Part shown: positions 15,932 through 17,008 of the stretch, piece by piece | Numbering within the stretch: the stretch's first letter is position 1 | How the letters are laid out: every line of letters begins with the position of its first letter | Source: Pseudobdellovibrionaceae bacterium | Lineage (GTDB): Bacteria > Bdellovibrionota > Bdellovibrionia > Bdellovibrionales > Bdellovibrionaceae | Direction: 5' to 3' | Length of the DNA: 17,008 bases | NCBI GenBank assembly: GCA_041288045.1 | Contig: JBGGMM010000245.1 | Location: forward strand, 1 to 17,008 | Translations under genes and position numbers: made by a program | Notes under the pieces: model-generated | What the model was told of the DNA's origin: nothing | What the model saw: only the letters and a program-made list of their open reading frames with translations | Databases searched by the model: none

Positions 15932-16720
15932 TTACTCGAAATTAAAAAAGTTCTGGTCCTTTAAAAATTGAAAGAGATCCTTTGAGTATTTGATATGGGA
16001 TTCTTTTGTGTACTTCGCTTTGGTGTATATTTGTGCCAGATTTTGAGCGCCGACTGCATCGATTCTTCTCTTCAAGTCGGGATCGTTTACGTACCTGGCA
16101 TAACCGGACTTTTCTTTTTGAGAATAGATTTTAGCCAAAGTTTCTTTGCAATAATTTGTGTAGGTTTCATAGTGAACAATCCCATCCATTGGTAAACGGT
16201 CTTTCAATTGCGGAATTTCGTTTGCATAACCTAAACAAAAACCAACGACAGGGACTACATTTTGAGGACACTTCAGGATTTGTGCGATTTCAGCAGTGCT
16301 GGCCAAAGTCGTTCCTAAATAACAAATTCCAAGTCCTTCGGCTTCTGCGGCAAGTGCTGCGTTTTGTGATGCAAGAATGGCATCGATACTAGCAATCATA
16401 AAGCTCATAAAATTATCAAAGTTTTCAGGAGCCTCGTTATGCTGAAGCCATTTTCTCATTCGATTAAAGTCTGCACAAAAAGTTAAAAATACTGGAGCTT
16501 CAGTGACCATACTTTGATTAAAGTGGGGCTTGAGAAGTTCGGCTTTCAAAACTTCCGAAGTCGTTACAATAATAGAATAAGCTTGCATATTTCCTGAACT
16601 AGAAGCCCTCGTAGCTGCATTTAAAATGCGATTTAAAACTTCATCCGGAACTTTTCTGTTTTGATAAAGCCTGATCGATGTATGAGACATGATCAGGTCA
16701 TAAGCGGAATTTTGCTTCAT
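15932..16720 (-). CDS. Nitroreductase family protein (NfsA/Frp-like NADPH-flavin oxidoreductase)
   Basis: SHTSIRLYQ (FMN binding), ASSSGNMQAYSII, FCADFNR, IDAILASQNAALAAEAEGLGICYLG and KDRLP. Confidence 0.92.
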   Translation of the reverse strand: MKQNSAYDLIMSHTSIRLYQNRKVPDEVLNRILNAATRASSSGNMQAYSIIVTTSEVLKAELLKPHFNQSMVTEAPVFLTFCADFNRMRKWLQHNEAPENFDNFMSFMIASIDAILASQNAALAAEAEGLGICYLGTTLASTAEIAQILKCPQNVVPVVGFCLGYANEIPQLKDRLPMDGIVHYETYTNYCKETLAKIYSQKEKSGYARYVNDPDLKRRIDAVGAQNLAQIYTKAKYTKESHIKYSKDLFQFLKDQNFFNFE

Positions 16721-16722
16721 TC

Positions 16723-17008
16723 TTAGAGTTCCGCTTTTTTTATCGCAACAAATTCGCCCAAAATTTGACCGTTTTCTAGCGTGGCTTGACCTTTAATTGT
16801 TGAGTCTTGAAGGCCCATTTTAATTTTGGCGTAGTCTTCACGCAAAATCCGCCCGTCATAGTGAACAGTATAATCCTGACCATTTTCATGAGCTACGATA
16901 TCAAAAGAAAAATGACAGCTTGAATCTCTGTAAGAACAAAATGCATTTCCATCAAGGGGCGAAGTGAAAGTATTTGGAACTTCGATACTTCCTTCGATTC
17001 GACCGTTA
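16723..17008 (-). CDS. Hypothetical protein, 3' portion (5' end outside the window)
   Basis: Not in the ORF track. A minus frame is open from 17007 to TAA 16725-16723 (...NGRIEGSIEVPNTFTSPLDGNAFCSYRDSSCHFSFDIVAHENGQDYTVHYDGRILREDYAKIKMGLQDSTIKGQATLENGQILGEFVAIKKAEL*). It ends 2 nt before the nitroreductase ATG, consistent with an operon. Confidence 0.75.
   Translation of the reverse strand, partial: NGRIEGSIEVPNTFTSPLDGNAFCSYRDSSCHFSFDIVAHENGQDYTVHYDGRILREDYAKIKMGLQDSTIKGQATLENGQILGEFVAIKKAEL

Noticed and set aside
1..17008. CRISPR array, tRNA/rRNA, transposase or integrase
   Set aside because: No regularly spaced repeats, cloverleaf or rRNA signatures, or recombinase motifs were seen.

Overview
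The window looks like bacterial DNA of moderate GC content, probably from a deltaproteobacterial or Bdellovibrionota-like organism; this is inferred from protein style and not proven. It opens with the 3' part of a PilR-like sigma54 activator. Next is a tightly coupled minus-strand signalling operon: a REC-AAA+-HTH sigma54 activator, a stand-alone Hpt, a CHASE3-GAF-HisKA-HATPase-3xREC sensor, CheR, a REC-less CheB and a REC-HisKA-HATPase-REC kinase. No MCP, CheA or CheW is present in the window. Divergent from this operon, a well-placed sigma54 -24/-12 promoter precedes five small genes closed by a strong terminator: DUF1328, a single-domain REC, a secreted LEA/CsbD-like protein, an unannotated 51-aa membrane peptide and a hydrophilin-like peptide. 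Together these look like a self-contained, possibly methylation-tuned, sigma54-dependent stress-response module. The right half is accessory. It holds a secreted DUF4105-like protein, a secreted PL8 polysaccharide lyase with an extra C-terminal module, a palindrome-rich intergenic region, a VOC/glyoxalase, an orphan terminator, an A16 tract in a signal-peptide-only mini-ORF, a small secreted protein, an NfsA-like nitroreductase and a partial hypothetical gene. No rRNA, tRNA, CRISPR array or transposase was recognised.
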